Shown: one piece after another, positions 35,771 to 36,750 of the stretch | Position numbering within the stretch: position 1 is the stretch's first letter | Layout of the letters: each line of letters begins with the position of its first letter | Assembly: GCA_016930445.1 (NCBI GenBank) | Contig: JAFGGT010000007.1 | Span: 1-36,750, forward strand | DNA length: 36,750 nucleotides | Direction of reading: 5' to 3' | From: Candidatus Methanofastidiosia archaeon | GTDB lineage: Archaea > Methanobacteriota_B > Thermococci > Methanofastidiosales > NM3 | Translations under genes and position numbers: made by a program | The notes under the pieces: generated by a model | What the model saw: only the letters and a program-made list of their open reading frames with translations | What the model was told of the DNA's origin: nothing | Databases searched by the model: none

Positions 35771-36750
35771 ATGGATGTGCTTATAATCGGTGCCGGGCCT
35801 GCCGGCATGTTTGCCGCCCAGAAGTTGGCGAACGATTCGGACCATAACGTTACCGTAATCGACATGGGAAAGGAATCGTTGAAGAGAAAATGCAATGCCC
35901 TTTACAGGGACATGTGCACAAACTGCCAACCATGTGAGATATATGCAGGCATAGGCGGCGCTGGGGCGCTTTCCGATGGTAAGCTGAATCTTACGCCTTT
36001 GATAGGCGGGGACCCCGACTCAATACACAGGTCCTATGATGAGGTAAAGAGGTACATAGACATCGTAGATGAGACATTCTTAAAGTTTGGGGCCGATTCC
36101 GATGTGTTCGGGACCAATGAGGATGACCTTAAATTGCTCAGGAGGAAAGCTTCGGCCCATGGCATAGAGTTCATATCTGGGAAGCAAAGGCACATGGGCT
36201 CTGACAAGACCCCGATAATCATAGACAAGTTCTATACAGACCTTAAATCGAAGGGTGTCAAGTTCTTTACCAAGACGAAGGTAGAGAAGATAGACATCGT
36301 AGATGGAAAGTTCGTTGCGACGACCGGCAAGGAGACCTTCAAGGGGGACTATATAATCGTTGCTCCTGGAAGGGCCGGAGCATACTGGTTCAGAACGCAG
36401 GCAAAGAGGCTTGGCATAACGAACAACTATGGCCCCATAGACGTCGGGGTAAGGGCCGAGTTCCCTACGACGATTTACGAACCTGTCGAGGAGATCATGT
36501 ACGATGCCAAGTTCAAGCTTTACTCAAAGACATATGACGACCTTATAAGGACATTTTGTACTAATCCCAAGGGCTTCGTGACCGAGGAAAGATACCCAGA
36601 CTTTGTGCTCGTGAACGGCCATGCGAAAAAGGATGAGAAATCCCAGAACTGCAATCTTGCCATCCTGACCAGGATAGAGCTGACAGATCCTGTGGAGGAC
36701 ACGACGATGTATGGCAGGTCAATCGCAAGGCTGGCCACAACCATAGGCGG
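35771..36750 (+). CDS. FAD-dependent oxidoreductase (COG2509-like), truncated by window end
   Basis: Not in ORF track. MDVLIIGAGPAG, C..C..C, GIGGAGALSDGKLN, HMGSD, APGRAG, RTFCTNP, VNGH. Confidence 0.9.
   Translation, partial: MDVLIIGAGPAGMFAAQKLANDSDHNVTVIDMGKESLKRKCNALYRDMCTNCQPCEIYAGIGGAGALSDGKLNLTPLIGGDPDSIHRSYDEVKRYIDIVDETFLKFGADSDVFGTNEDDLKLLRRKASAHGIEFISGKQRHMGSDKTPIIIDKFYTDLKSKGVKFFTKTKVEKIDIVDGKFVATTGKETFKGDYIIVAPGRAGAYWFRTQAKRLGITNNYGPIDVGVRAEFPTTIYEPVEEIMYDAKFKLYSKTYDDLIRTFCTNPKGFVTEERYPDFVLVNGHAKKDEKSQNCNLAILTRIELTDPVEDTTMYGRSIARLATTIG

Noticed and set aside
235-36744. The many 60-200 aa ORFs antisense or out of frame to identified genes (e.g. 6048-6548, 15024-15533, 23659-24252)
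   Set aside because: Shadow ORFs of conserved genes with no motifs or translation signals
1-36750. IS elements, provirus or integration at the tRNA
   Set aside because: No transposase, integrase, terminal inverted repeats or duplicated tRNA 3' end seen

Overview
Core-genome window of a euryarchaeal archaeon. The Methanococcales/Thermococcales-type S-layer, A1A0 ATP synthase, form III RuBisCO, class I HMG-CoA reductase and A1-U72 tRNA-Gln point to this; an anaerobic Thermococci/Methanofastidiosa-like lineage is only an inference. In order it holds: the end of one S-layer gene and a complete, unusually Cys-rich S-layer paralog; a secreted thioredoxin-TPR protein; bioY behind a BirA operator; a small Zn-ribbon protein with hmgA; a glycosyltransferase; a PD-(D/E)XK nuclease; DUF371; a frameshifted Zn-finger gene with pcm; a surface protein with a Trx-Trx-CcdA fusion; ogt; rtcA; an aryl-acetate CoA ligase/Na+ symporter/ACT operon; tRNA-Gln(CUG); DUF2284; a HAD hydrolase; nadA; an AbrB-ACT protein; atpHIKECFABD; mscL; rbcL; kae1-tsaC-bud32-rdgB-rps15-DHH(+Pcc-like); and a truncated FAD oxidoreductase. 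I saw no mobile elements or CRISPR array. The most interesting signals are not in the ORF track: (1) a 30-aa leader peptide ending YAYSY, inside a switchable RNA structure in front of the paaK-like operon (candidate archaeal Tyr-sensing attenuator); (2) a three-hairpin sRNA candidate with its own promoter and anti-Shine-Dalgarno loops upstream of rbcL; (3) several conserved genes that appear to start at AUA/AUC/AUU; (4) a DHH/GAN protein fused in frame to a KEOPS Pcc-like domain; (5) a disulfide-rich cell envelope with nearby Dsb-like genes. All RNA folds and family assignments were made by eye, without computation.
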